Assembly (NCBI GenBank): GCA_018304295.1
Contig: JAGVWK010000046.1
Span: forward strand, 1 to 57,784
Length of the DNA: 57,784 nt
Origin: Candidatus Micrarchaeota archaeon
GTDB taxonomy: Archaea; Micrarchaeota; Micrarchaeia; Anstonellales; Anstonellaceae
Direction: 5' to 3'
The notes under the pieces were generated by a model. The model ran no database searches. It was not told where the DNA came from and saw only the letters and a program-made list of their open reading frames with translations. Of the stretch, positions 1 to 8,226 are shown in pieces. Made by a program: the position numbers and the translations under genes. The first letter of the stretch is position 1; each line of letters begins with the position of its first letter.

Positions 1-320
1 CTGCAGCTTATTCCCGGATATATAATGCTCAAAATAGGCTGGGAAACAGACGTTATAAGTATCCCAAAGAGCGCGCCTGTGAGGGATGCGGTTGCCCACA
101 CATTCGCCCTTGCCCTTGTTTCAGCACCCATAAGCTGCCCTGCCGCGTATATTACCGCGCCAAGGACTATCATGAGCATTGCTGCTACTGGAAGCAGGTT
201 TTGCATTGAGGCGCAAAGGTCGCTTACCGCGTCTGTTACCTCTTCCCCTATCGCCGCAAAAATAAGGGCGGTGCACACTAAAGAGAGGAAAAAGAAAACC
301 TTTTTCTCAAGGGAGCGCAT
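1..320 (-). CDS. Small membrane protein with VirB2/TrbC (T4SS-pilin)-like topology; 3' end runs off the window
   Basis: Hand translation of the minus strand from ATG 320..318 gives MRSLEKKVFFFLSLVCTALIFAAIGEEV...LLPVAAMLMIVLGAVIYAAGQLMGAETRARANVWATASLTGALFGILI. It has a signal-like N-terminus and two hydrophobic helices joined by a short charged loop. It is a paralogue of 55746..55991. The ORF is open to the window edge, so it is absent from the ORF track. Confidence 0.5.
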   Translation of the reverse strand, partial: MRSLEKKVFFFLSLVCTALIFAAIGEEVTDAVSDLCASMQNLLPVAAMLMIVLGAVIYAAGQLMGAETRARANVWATASLTGALFGILITSVSQPILSIIYPGISC

Positions 321-341
321 GGAAGGAAAAGGCGGATAAAC

Positions 342-349
342 AATATAAA
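342..349 (-). promoter_or_regulatory. TATA-like box (tttatatt on the minus strand) 22-29 nt upstream of ATG 320
   Basis: Forward sequence is aatataaa. The spacing matches the other leaderless genes in this window. Confidence 0.4.
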
Positions 350-360
350 CAATCGCACTT

Positions 361-394
361 CTTCATATGCCTGTGCTCTTCATATGCTCGTGCT
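361..394. repeat. Tandem 17-nt direct repeat, each unit containing CATATG
   Basis: The units are cttcatatgcctgtgct and cttcatatgctcgtgct, with 2 mismatches. They lie just upstream of the TATA box of the pilin-like gene and overlap the stop of 380..1492. Confidence 0.6.
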
Positions 395-1492
395 CCCCTT
401 TTTTATGAGCAGCCCAAGCATTCCGCGCACCATGCCTGAGCTTCCACACGCCCTTTTGCACACGTAAAACCTTTTCCCCTTCTCCTTTTGCACAGCCATG
501 CTGCGCATGCATATCGCCTCATCCATTTTTCTTTTTTTCTTAAGCTGCAAAAGCATCCTGTATGCGAATGCAATTGACCCGACCCTTGCCATCTCATAGG
601 AAATCCTTTGCAAAAGCCCGGCATCCCCCTCGTGCGGCACCATCCCAAGAAGGCTTATCGCAATCTCGCGGAATTCCTTTGGGTTCTTCTCAAAATAGTG
701 CCTTAACATCTCCCTTACCGCAATTAGCCTTATCTCGGCAGCATCCGCGTTTTTCGCATGCACAAGCTGCGCAATTTGCGGGCTTTCAAGCGCAAGCTCC
801 TCTATGCTTTTTTGCATTTGCAGCTGCTGCATCCTGCTTGCGCCCTCGCCCGGTGTTGCCTTGTCATACCCCCAAGTTTGCGCATCCCCACTCTCCTCCT
901 GCGCAACCATTAGCATTTGCGCCCCCGCCGCCCCGCCGCCCTCTTGCAGTGCTCCCTGCTGCGCAAAATGCCTATCCTCAAGCACCAAAAGCAAAGGTGA
1001 CATCAAATCATGGGTTTTCCATCCGTCTTTTTCAAGCTGCGCAATGTATTGCCCAAGCACTTGTGCCTGCATTTTTGCGTTCCCGCGGCAGGACTGCCTT
1101 ATTTCCTGCGCAACCGCATCCGCCGCAAACGCAATCCTGTCGTACATGGGCGCAGGCACCACGATTGGGGCATCTGACATGCGCTGCATTATCTGCCTGC
1201 GCAGCAGCCCATACCTGTCTTTTTCCCTCTCCTGCGAAGCCTGCCTTAAATGGCCGCCGCGGCGCAGCGGGTTCATCCCCTTTGCAACCGCATCAGTAAG
1301 CATGAGATTCTGCCTCACCATTATTCCCTGCAAAACAAGCCTTTCAAAAAGCGCCTTTTCCTGCCCCCCTGCCTCTGCAAGGGGGTTTCCAACAAAAACA
1401 GCCAACAACTCAAGGAATTTCTGCAGGAACCTGCCCAAAAACCCCCGCTCCTCTTGCGCACCTTCCTCCTGCTCCAAAATTTGCCCCTGCAT
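380..1492 (-). CDS. Hypothetical protein (370 aa)
   Basis: Long ORF co-directional with and immediately downstream of ftsY. I recognise no motif. Confidence 0.5.
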   Translation of the reverse strand: MQGQILEQEEGAQEERGFLGRFLQKFLELLAVFVGNPLAEAGGQEKALFERLVLQGIMVRQNLMLTDAVAKGMNPLRRGGHLRQASQEREKDRYGLLRRQIMQRMSDAPIVVPAPMYDRIAFAADAVAQEIRQSCRGNAKMQAQVLGQYIAQLEKDGWKTHDLMSPLLLVLEDRHFAQQGALQEGGGAAGAQMLMVAQEESGDAQTWGYDKATPGEGASRMQQLQMQKSIEELALESPQIAQLVHAKNADAAEIRLIAVREMLRHYFEKNPKEFREIAISLLGMVPHEGDAGLLQRISYEMARVGSIAFAYRMLLQLKKKRKMDEAICMRSMAVQKEKGKRFYVCKRACGSSGMVRGMLGLLIKKGSTSI

Positions 1493-1508
1493 GGCAATGT
1501 TTCCTGTC

Positions 1509-3305
1509 CTATGTTAATATTTCTTGCGCAAGGGAGCCCGGGCTGTATGCAATCAAATCCCCATATTCCTGCCCAACCCCGAAAAACACAATCGGTATCC
1601 CGGTAGTGTACGTGATGGAAAGTGCGGTGCCGCCTTTTGCATCGCAGTCCAGCTTTGTGAGTATCACCCCATCCACCCCCACTGCCGCATCAAACGCCTT
1701 AATCTGGTCCATTATCGCATTTCCAGCAATGCTCTCTCCTATGTAAATCTTAAGCGCGGGCTTTGCAACCCTGTTCATTTTCTTCAGCTCGTCAAGAAGG
1801 TTCACGTTTGTATCCTGCCTGCCCGCGCTATCCACAAGCACAACATCCACCGCATGCGCGCGCGCATAAGCGACCGCATCAAACGCAACTGCCGCCGGGT
1901 CGGCACCATAATTGCTTTTTATAACGTGAACCCCGAGCCTATTTGCATGCACCTGTGTCTGCTCAATTGCGGCTGCGCGGAAGGTGTCGCTTGCGGAAAA
2001 CACCACGCTCATCTTGTTTTGCAGCAGCATTTTCGCAAGCTTTGCCATTGTGGTTGTTTTGCCCGCGCCGTTTGGCCCTACAAAAAGCACCACTGCGGGC
2101 TTTGGAAGCCCCCTTATCCTTTCCACAAAATCAAATGCGCGCTCGCTTGAAAGAACGGATTGCAGCGAGGCTACCATCGCACTTTTGGCAGCCTTGTCAG
2201 CCTCGCCCCTTTTTATTTTCATCCCCACAAGCTGGCTTTTGAGGTTATCGCACACCGCAAAAGAAACCTCATACGCAACGTCCGCCTCCAAAAGCGCCAT
2301 CTGCAATTCCTCAAGCAGCTCCCTCACATCTCCTTCCCGTATCTGCACTTCACCAGTAAAAATGGATTTTATCTGCTCCCCAAGCCCTATTTTCACTTCC
2401 ATTTTCCTTTCCTGCTGCTTTTGCTCCTGCCCTTCCCGCGCGCTTTGCTGCGGAGTTTGCACGGACGCGCCTGCTCTTTGCAGCTCGTTCTTTTGCGCTT
2501 CTTCCAGCGCCCCTGCCTGCAACTCTTCTGTTGGCTGCTGCTCTTTTGCATCCCTGCCTTTTTCCTGTTCTTGTGCTTTTTGCCATTCCTGCCCCTTTTC
2601 TTTAGGCAATTCCCTCCTTCTCCCAAAAAACGGGATTTCAAACCCAAGAATTTTTTTTGCTTCAGGCTTCTGCTGCTTTTGAGCCCAGCCGGCTCTTTCT
2701 TCGGGCATTTTTTCTTCCTGCGCAACTTCCTGCCGCGCAGCCGAACTTTTTTCAGGTACAGACGGCATTGCCTGCCGCGGCTTTTCCTGCAGCGCCATTG
2801 TTATTTCAGGCGGCTTCTCTTCCTGCGCGGGCTTTGCTTCTTGCACCGCCTGCCGCGTTTGCGTTTTTTCAGCCCGCATCGCATCGGGGGCATTTATTTT
2901 TTCATCAGTCGCAGTTTTTGCCTTTCGCATCCCTGCTTTTTCATCAGCCGCCCTTTTTGCTCCCTGCGCTTTTCCATTTTCATCCTGCTTTGCCGCACGT
3001 GCAGACTCCTGCGCCTTTTCATCCTGCCTTGCACTGCGCGCCGGCTCTTCACTTTTTTCATCCTGCACAGCGCGCGCAATATTCTGAATTTTTATTTCAC
3101 CGCTTGCGCCCTTTGAGGAAGGCATTTGCGTTTCCTGCTTCCCTTCCGCAGTCCTTTTTTCCGCCTTCGGCTCTTCCATTTTTTTCCCGCGCGCCTCTTC
3201 TTTTTGCACACCCTTCTCTTTTTGCGCGGCTTGGGCTAGCTCTTCCTCCTTTTTGGCGAGCTTGCCAATAAAATTAGATAGCTTTTCCTTCAACAGGCCG
3301 AACAT
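1509..3305 (-). CDS. ftsY: Signal recognition particle receptor FtsY with a ~300-aa K/E/A/Q-rich N-terminal extension
   Basis: The C-terminal NG domain carries GPNGAGKTTT, DTFRAAAIEQ, DSAGRQ and TKLDCDAKGG. Confidence 0.95.
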   Translation of the reverse strand: MFGLLKEKLSNFIGKLAKKEEELAQAAQKEKGVQKEEARGKKMEEPKAEKRTAEGKQETQMPSSKGASGEIKIQNIARAVQDEKSEEPARSARQDEKAQESARAAKQDENGKAQGAKRAADEKAGMRKAKTATDEKINAPDAMRAEKTQTRQAVQEAKPAQEEKPPEITMALQEKPRQAMPSVPEKSSAARQEVAQEEKMPEERAGWAQKQQKPEAKKILGFEIPFFGRRRELPKEKGQEWQKAQEQEKGRDAKEQQPTEELQAGALEEAQKNELQRAGASVQTPQQSAREGQEQKQQERKMEVKIGLGEQIKSIFTGEVQIREGDVRELLEELQMALLEADVAYEVSFAVCDNLKSQLVGMKIKRGEADKAAKSAMVASLQSVLSSERAFDFVERIRGLPKPAVVLFVGPNGAGKTTTMAKLAKMLLQNKMSVVFSASDTFRAAAIEQTQVHANRLGVHVIKSNYGADPAAVAFDAVAYARAHAVDVVLVDSAGRQDTNVNLLDELKKMNRVAKPALKIYIGESIAGNAIMDQIKAFDAAVGVDGVILTKLDCDAKGGTALSITYTTGIPIVFFGVGQEYGDLIAYSPGSLAQEILT

Positions 3306-3723
3306 TTTCGTTCATCTCTCCCATCATTTTGCGCGCTTCCCTGTCCAGTCCCTCCATCTCCTCATTCATCTTTGCAAGCGCTTCCTGCCCCTTGTTTACT
3401 GCGGAAAGCACCACCTTGAGCCTTTTCTCAAGCAGCTCCTGCGCCTCAGCGCAGCTTCTTTCATCCACAATTCCTGCGCCGATGTTTACCATCACCTTTT
3501 GGGTGTCAACCGCCTTTGCGGACGCATACACCCCTGCCCCAATCGGAAGCAGCACTTTGCTTTTGGCCTCCTTAAGGTTCTTGAGCGTCTCAATTGCTGC
3601 ATACATCTCATCCGCGCTCTGTTGCATGGAAGTGAGCTGCCCTGCTATTGCCTGCGCCTGCTGCTGCATTCCCTGCATTTGCGCAGCCATCCGGTTGAGT
3701 TGTTCCGACATCATGGCACACAC
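3274..3723 (-). CDS. pfdA: Prefoldin alpha subunit
   Basis: Coiled-coil / beta-hairpin / coiled-coil layout (LLPIGAGVYASAKAVDTQKVMVNIGAGI). It sits in the conserved archaeal L39e-L31e-aIF6-LX-pfdA-ftsY order. GTG start in the track; an internal ATG start is possible. Confidence 0.85.
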   Translation of the reverse strand: MCAMMSEQLNRMAAQMQGMQQQAQAIAGQLTSMQQSADEMYAAIETLKNLKEAKSKVLLPIGAGVYASAKAVDTQKVMVNIGAGIVDERSCAEAQELLEKRLKVVLSAVNKGQEALAKMNEEMEGLDREARKMMGEMNENVRPVEGKAI

Positions 3724-3726
3724 CCC

Positions 3727-3900
3727 CTAAAGTTTAGCCACTTTCCCTATGTGAACGTGATTTCTTGCGGCTCCCTGATTCGCCCCAAAGAAAGTATATG
3801 TGCGCTCTTTTGCAAGCTTCTCGCTTGGCGCCTCTATCTCTTTTGTAAAGACCCTTCTCTGCCCCTTTGACACCACGTGCCCTTCTACCACAAATTTCAT
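3727..3900 (-). CDS. rplX: 50S ribosomal protein LX (L18Ae/L20A family), 57 aa
   Basis: Hand translation gives MKFVVEGHVVSKGQRRVFTKEIEAPSEKLAKERTYTFFGANQGAARNHVHIGKVAKL. It is below the ORF-track size cutoff, resembles archaeal LX and lies in the expected slot between aIF6 and prefoldin. Confidence 0.8.
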   Translation of the reverse strand: MKFVVEGHVVSKGQRRVFTKEIEAPSEKLAKERTYTFFGANQGAARNHVHIGKVAKL

Positions 3901-3972
3901 GCAATCACCTATGTTGCGAACTTTATAAATATTCCATGCTCCCGGTGCATGCTCTTTTCTTATTTTCCCGCC

Positions 3973-4635
3973 TCATTCCATCCCGAGCGCATTCATTATG
4001 CGCGAGCTTTCAAAGCCGCTTGTCGCTTCTCCCATCATGCACCCCTTGCTGTTTGCAACAACCCCAAGGCCGATAAAGGGCGAGCCCATATTTACGGTCG
4101 CATTTGCGCCCTGCACTCCGAATACCGACCTTAACATTTCCATTTCCTCGTCATTTGCGCGGTTGTGCGCCGCAAACCCCTTGTTTGTTGCAATGCATGC
4201 GCTTCCGACTGTTTTGTACCCCGCAATGCTTGCAGGCACTGCTTCCACATGCAGGCATTCCCCTATTTTTTTTCTCCAATGCGCAGGTATGTCCGGGTTC
4301 ACAATTGCCCCCTTGTCGTTCGCGCATATATTATTGCCAACTGCCGCGAACATTGAAGGCAGCACGCACACATTGAGCCCAAGCCCCTTGAAAAACCCTT
4401 TTTCTTCCTCTTCCGCAAAGGAAGGGACCACTATTCCGTGCGAATTAAGCGCGCAGAATATCCCAATCAAATTGCTTGATGCGACCGTTGCCGCAATCCG
4501 CCTTGCCCCAAGCGCATCTGCAGCGCGCACAAATTTGGGATGCGCGCCCAGCGGCAGCAGCACCAAAGCCTCATTTGCCCTTGCGAACATGCCTATGTGC
4601 GGGTTGCCGTCGTATGCGCTCGTTTGCATTGCCAT
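3973..4635 (-). CDS. eif6: Translation initiation factor 6 (aIF6)
   Basis: Pentein-repeat sequence with NPHIGMFARANEALVLLP and SNLIGIFCALNSHGIVVP. The start was chosen at an internal Met; the ORF extends to 4662. Confidence 0.9.
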   Translation of the reverse strand: MAMQTSAYDGNPHIGMFARANEALVLLPLGAHPKFVRAADALGARRIAATVASSNLIGIFCALNSHGIVVPSFAEEEEKGFFKGLGLNVCVLPSMFAAVGNNICANDKGAIVNPDIPAHWRKKIGECLHVEAVPASIAGYKTVGSACIATNKGFAAHNRANDEEMEMLRSVFGVQGANATVNMGSPFIGLGVVANSKGCMMGEATSGFESSRIMNALGME

Positions 4636-4690
4636 TTTTCCACTCAATATCGCAGCTCCCAATTATTCCCGCTGCGTGCTTTGCCGTTTC

Positions 4691-5167
4691 CTATTGGGGC
4701 TTTGCAGCCTGCATTGGCTTTTGCGCCATATTCCCCTCAGCCGGCTTTGCCTGCTGCACTGGCTGCGCCTTTGCCTCTTGCGCTTTTGGCTTTTCAGCCT
4801 GCTTTGAAGCCGCGGGCTTTGCCGCTTGCGCCTTTTTCTTCTTTTCTTCCATTGCCTTCTTTTTTTCTTCAAGCTTTTTTATCACAGCCGCGTTTTTCTC
4901 CTGCTCGTCCATGAGCCACGCGGTCGCAATCCCGCTATCCCCCTTAACTATCTTTACCTTGAGCCGCCGCGGCGGTTTTGCCGCCCCGTGCTCGCTGAGC
5001 GCATGGTTCACGCCAGCGGAGATGCGCACGTCTTCAATGCCCATCTTCATGTGGCGCGCCACGTATTCGCGCACGAGCTTTGCGGACTTTGCCATCCTTT
5101 TTGTGCGCTTTGCCTCGTACGCTTTCCTAAACGGTATTATGCAAATTTTCTCCACCATGATATTCAC
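4691..5167 (-). CDS. rpl31e: 50S ribosomal protein L31e with a K/A/Q-rich C-terminal extension
   Basis: IPFRKAYEAKRTKRMAKSAKLVREYVARHMK...PPRRLKVKI. Confidence 0.9.
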   Translation of the reverse strand: MNIMVEKICIIPFRKAYEAKRTKRMAKSAKLVREYVARHMKMGIEDVRISAGVNHALSEHGAAKPPRRLKVKIVKGDSGIATAWLMDEQEKNAAVIKKLEEKKKAMEEKKKKAQAAKPAASKQAEKPKAQEAKAQPVQQAKPAEGNMAQKPMQAAKPQ

Positions 5168-5346
5168 CCTTTCCTGCCCAAATTCTTCTGGCTGTGAAGC
5201 TTAAGCTTCTGCGAACGCCAGTGCCTTCTTTTGGCAGCCGTAACTTTCCTTTTGCTCTTTGCAATCACAAAAAGCGGCAAGCGCCTGTTTTTCTTGAGCG
5301 CGCTTGAAAGCCTTGCTTTTTTCTCTGCCGATTTTACCCTGCTCAT
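5164..5346 (-). CDS. rpl39e: 50S ribosomal protein L39e
   Basis: KKARLSSALKKNRRLPLFVIAKSKRKV...RRHWRSQKLKL. Confidence 0.9.
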   Translation of the reverse strand: MSRVKSAEKKARLSSALKKNRRLPLFVIAKSKRKVTAAKRRHWRSQKLKLHSQKNLGRKG

Positions 5347-5355
5347 AATAGCACC

Positions 5356-5739
5356 TCACCCTATGTAACTTTGCCCCCGTTGCGCGGCTGATGCCGCAGC
5401 CTGCTTCTGCCGCTCGCGCACATGCTGGTATTCCTTCCAGAGCACATCGGCGGTTTTGCCGCGCACTATCTTTGTTACCAGCTGCCTTGGCATTGGCGGC
5501 GAAGTTCCTGCCGCGGGGCGATAATCCACTATTACCACGTCCCCTTCCCTTATTTTCCCTGCAATTTTCGCATCCACCAAGAGTGTTAGCACATTCTCAT
5601 CCCACATGAGAAGCATTGCCTGTGTTGTTGCATCCGCAGCAACCACGCTCTTGTCGGACTTTGAGAATACCTTGAGCACTTTTCCCGGGTGGTACATATT
5701 ATCGTCTCCAATTTTCGCTTTTTCAACCCACTGGCTCAT
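5356..5739 (-). CDS. Hypothetical protein (127 aa)
   Basis: ORF packed within the r-protein operon; no motif recognised. Confidence 0.5.
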   Translation of the reverse strand: MSQWVEKAKIGDDNMYHPGKVLKVFSKSDKSVVAADATTQAMLLMWDENVLTLLVDAKIAGKIREGDVVIVDYRPAAGTSPPMPRQLVTKIVRGKTADVLWKEYQHVRERQKQAAASAAQRGQSYIG

Positions 5740-6056
5740 TTTTTCCTTATGCTTATGCTGCCTTCCCTTCTTGCGGTCATTTTTGCAAGCACCGCCTTCA
5801 GCTGCTCTTCATTGAGTTCGCCTTTGAGCTGCCCGCTTTGGTACAGCTGCGCAAGCACGGACACAAGCCTCTCATAAGTGTCCGGGGAGGAAATCCTCAC
5901 CATCATAGCGCGCTCATACGCCCCGGTATCAAGCACCCGCTGCAGCAGGGATTTTTTCTGCGATTCTATCTGCGCATGTGCCTGCTGGCGCGCAAACATC
6001 TGCCTTAGCTTTTTCTGCTTTGCCTCCTGCAGGCTTTCTTCCCCCTCTTCCTCCAT
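5736..6056 (-). CDS. PDCD5/TFAR19-like dsDNA-binding protein
   Basis: LLQRVLDTGAYERAMMVRISSPDTYERLVSVLAQLYQSGQL. The usual archaeal neighbour of S19e. The start was taken at internal Met 6056 to avoid overlap with rps19e. Confidence 0.75.
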   Translation of the reverse strand: MEEEGEESLQEAKQKKLRQMFARQQAHAQIESQKKSLLQRVLDTGAYERAMMVRISSPDTYERLVSVLAQLYQSGQLKGELNEEQLKAVLAKMTARREGSISIRKK

Positions 6057-6069
6057 GCCATCCACCTGC

Positions 6070-6507
6070 TTATTGCGCCTGCGGCTTCTTTGAGACTGCG
6101 TGCGCGGCAGCATCCATCAATTTCATGCCCTTGGCGGTTATCACCCTGCCGGGTTTGTCCTTTTTCTTGTTTTTCATGAGCAGTTCCGATTTTTCAAGAA
6201 TCTGCATTGTTTTGCGTATGAGCGCTCCGCCCGCCCTTTTCATTTTGTCAGGCCTCACTCCCCTCTTTTTTCTTCCTCCATAATGCGTCCTCAGGCGCGA
6301 AACTCCAATTGGCCCGTGGGAATATGCCTGCCTAAGTATTGACGCTGCGCGTATGTAAAAGAAATTCTTCTGCTGTGGAAGCCTCTCGTTGTGCGGCCCG
6401 CTTTTCACGGTGCCCACCCATGCCGGCCCCTCAATGCCCATCTCTTGCAGCTTTGCAGCCGCCTCTTCTATGAGCCTGCGTGGCTCCACGTCAAATATCG
6501 TTACCAA
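6070..6507 (-). CDS. rps19e: 30S ribosomal protein S19e (apparent TTG start preceded by GAGGTG)
   Basis: VKSGPHNERLPQQKNFFYIRAASILRQAY...GVSRLRTHYGGRKKRGVRP. Confidence 0.9.
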   Translation of the reverse strand: MVTIFDVEPRRLIEEAAAKLQEMGIEGPAWVGTVKSGPHNERLPQQKNFFYIRAASILRQAYSHGPIGVSRLRTHYGGRKKRGVRPDKMKRAGGALIRKTMQILEKSELLMKNKKKDKPGRVITAKGMKLMDAAAHAVSKKPQAQ

Positions 6508-6669
6508 TCAAACACCTCTTGCTAGTGCGGGAGTATCCCCGCAAACGCTAGTCCCATGTCCCCCCTTTCGGGGTTCATCCTGACAAATAGGAGAATTTAT
6601 ATGAGAATGAACCTATTTAAAGGTTTGGCAGGCTGCGGCTGCAAGCATGTGGCGCCCACCTGCACTCTT

Positions 6670-7452
6670 TCAGATTTTCCTCACGCAAAAAGGCTCTTTT
6701 GAGAACGCATTGAAGAATATGAAGTGCGGTGCCCTCACGCGCGGCTTTCCCAGCAGCACCGCAATCGCCTGCATCGCATTTATGTTTCCTATCATGGCCG
6801 GAACTACTCCAAGGATTGGCATTCCTTTGGGGTAATTTTTGAGCATTTCGCGCGTCTGCCGCACGCTTTTTCCCCTTGTGGGAAGCGCAAGCACGCTTTC
6901 AAAATCCATCCCCTCAAAAACGCTGCACATGCCGCACGTCCTTGCGGCAGAGCCAAATACAAACGGGATTTTGCGCCTTTTGCACTCCCTGCTCAAAATA
7001 ATGCGCGAAATGGGATTGTCAAGGCAGTCCACGACAACATCCGCATTTTTTACAAAATTTGCAACGTTCCCCTCATATATGAACCTCTCAATTTTGCGCA
7101 TTTTTGCGCCTTTGTTTATTCCCCTTGCAAATTCCGCCGCAACTTTTGCCTTCTTTTTCCCAAGCGTTTTGTAATTCGCAAGCACCTGCCTGTTGAAATT
7201 TGAAATTTCAAACCGGTCCCCGTCTGCAATAGTGAAATTTCCAACCCCTGCCCTCAGCAGCATCTGCAGCGTTATGCCGCCCAGCCCCCCAAGCCCGCAT
7301 ATTGCAACGTGGCTTTTGCGCAGCTTCCTCTGCTCTGTCGCAGTGAGCACCCCGATGTTGCGCTTAAATGCCTTTTCATACGCCCCCATGGGCGGTATTT
7401 GGGCACGCATTAATTTATTCTTTTGTTGCAAATCCACCCCCATGATGCACAT
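6670..7452 (-). CDS. ThiF/MoeB/HesA-family E1-like adenylyltransferase
   Basis: VAICGLGGLGGITLQMLLRAGVGNFTIADGDRFEISNFNRQ. The start is uncertain, with candidate Mets at 7452, 7443 and 7410. The upstream part of the track ORF looks non-coding. Confidence 0.8.
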   Translation of the reverse strand: MCIMGVDLQQKNKLMRAQIPPMGAYEKAFKRNIGVLTATEQRKLRKSHVAICGLGGLGGITLQMLLRAGVGNFTIADGDRFEISNFNRQVLANYKTLGKKKAKVAAEFARGINKGAKMRKIERFIYEGNVANFVKNADVVVDCLDNPISRIILSRECKRRKIPFVFGSAARTCGMCSVFEGMDFESVLALPTRGKSVRQTREMLKNYPKGMPILGVVPAMIGNINAMQAIAVLLGKPRVRAPHFIFFNAFSKEPFCVRKI

Positions 7453-8219
7453 AATATTCTCAAAGGACAACGTTGCAAGCGCCAATATTGCAGACAAGCT
7501 TCTCAAGCGCCATTCCTTCTCAAAAATAAAGGAAGGCACTTGGCAGGGGCAAGCAGGAGAAAAAGGCGTGCAGCTTGTGCAGTTTTCAGGCTCCATTGTT
7601 GAGATTTCCCCGCAATTTCCCTCGGACCTTCTCATATACGCCTCCACGCACCCGCCCATGCTTCACAGTGCACGTGCCGGGAAACTGGGGCAATGCGGAT
7701 TTGGGCGGCCTCCCCAGCACGCTTAACACTTGCGCCCCCTCCACGATGAAAAACATCCTGTGCGAAATGAACAAGCTTTCGCAAAAAAGGGAGCTTAACT
7801 GGCCCGCTTCCCTTGAGGTTGACCACCACGGCCCCACGCTTTCCTCGCCCATCCTATTTGCCGAAATAGGGAGCAGTGAAGAGGAATGGAACAACGAGCT
7901 TGCAGGCGAAATTGCAGCGAATGCGATAATGCAAGGGCTTGCCTCTGATAAGGAATTTCCCGCATACCTTGGGTTTGGCGGAATGCACTATGCCTCAAAA
8001 TTCAACGGCTATGAAACAGGGGGCGACATAAGCCTTTCGCACATTCTCCCCAAATACCATGTCTCCTCCTTTGACAAAGAGATGCTTGCGCAGGCTCTCT
8101 CAAAATGCACGCAAAAGGCAGAGGGCGCGCTTATAGACTGGAAGGGATTGGGAGGGGAAGAGCGCCAAAAAGTGATTTCCCTGCTTGAGGAAGAAGGCAT
8201 GAACTGGAAGAAGGCATAA
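7442..8219 (+). pseudogene. dtdA: Archaeal-type D-aminoacyl-tRNA deacylase (DtdA/DTD2) split by a 1-nt frame disruption near 7651-7653
   Basis: The N-terminal part (MMHIIFSKDNVASANIADKLL...DLLIYASTH) is in the frame of ORF 7193..7726. The remainder (RPCFTVHVPGNWG...EVDHHGPT...FAEIGSSEEEW) is in the frame of ORF 7575..8219. The span is 778 nt, which is 3n+1. Confidence 0.75.
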
Positions 8220-8226
8220 CTGAAAA

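Noticed and set aside
25-339. Plus-strand 104-aa ORF at the left edge.
   Set aside because: The opposite strand encodes a much more protein-like sequence: a signal peptide plus two TM helices, paralogous to 55746..55991, with a correctly spaced TATA box. The plus-strand ORF is its antisense shadow.
1524-3271. Multiple long plus-strand ORFs (1524..2150, 1984..2682, 2160..3116, 2657..3271) and nested minus-strand ORFs opposite or inside ftsY.
   Set aside because: They lie antisense or out of frame to an unambiguous FtsY gene. Their products are low-complexity (F/L/S/P/C-rich), as expected from the repetitive GAA/GCA/AAG-rich coding strand.
7410-7452. Apparent overlap of the divergent start codons of the ThiF-like gene (7443 or 7452) and dtdA (7442).
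   Set aside because: The ThiF-like start is ambiguous. Met 7410 gives a normal-length N-terminus and leaves a 31-nt spacer containing taatttatt, correctly placed for dtdA. The overlap is therefore probably an artefact of choosing the longest ORF.
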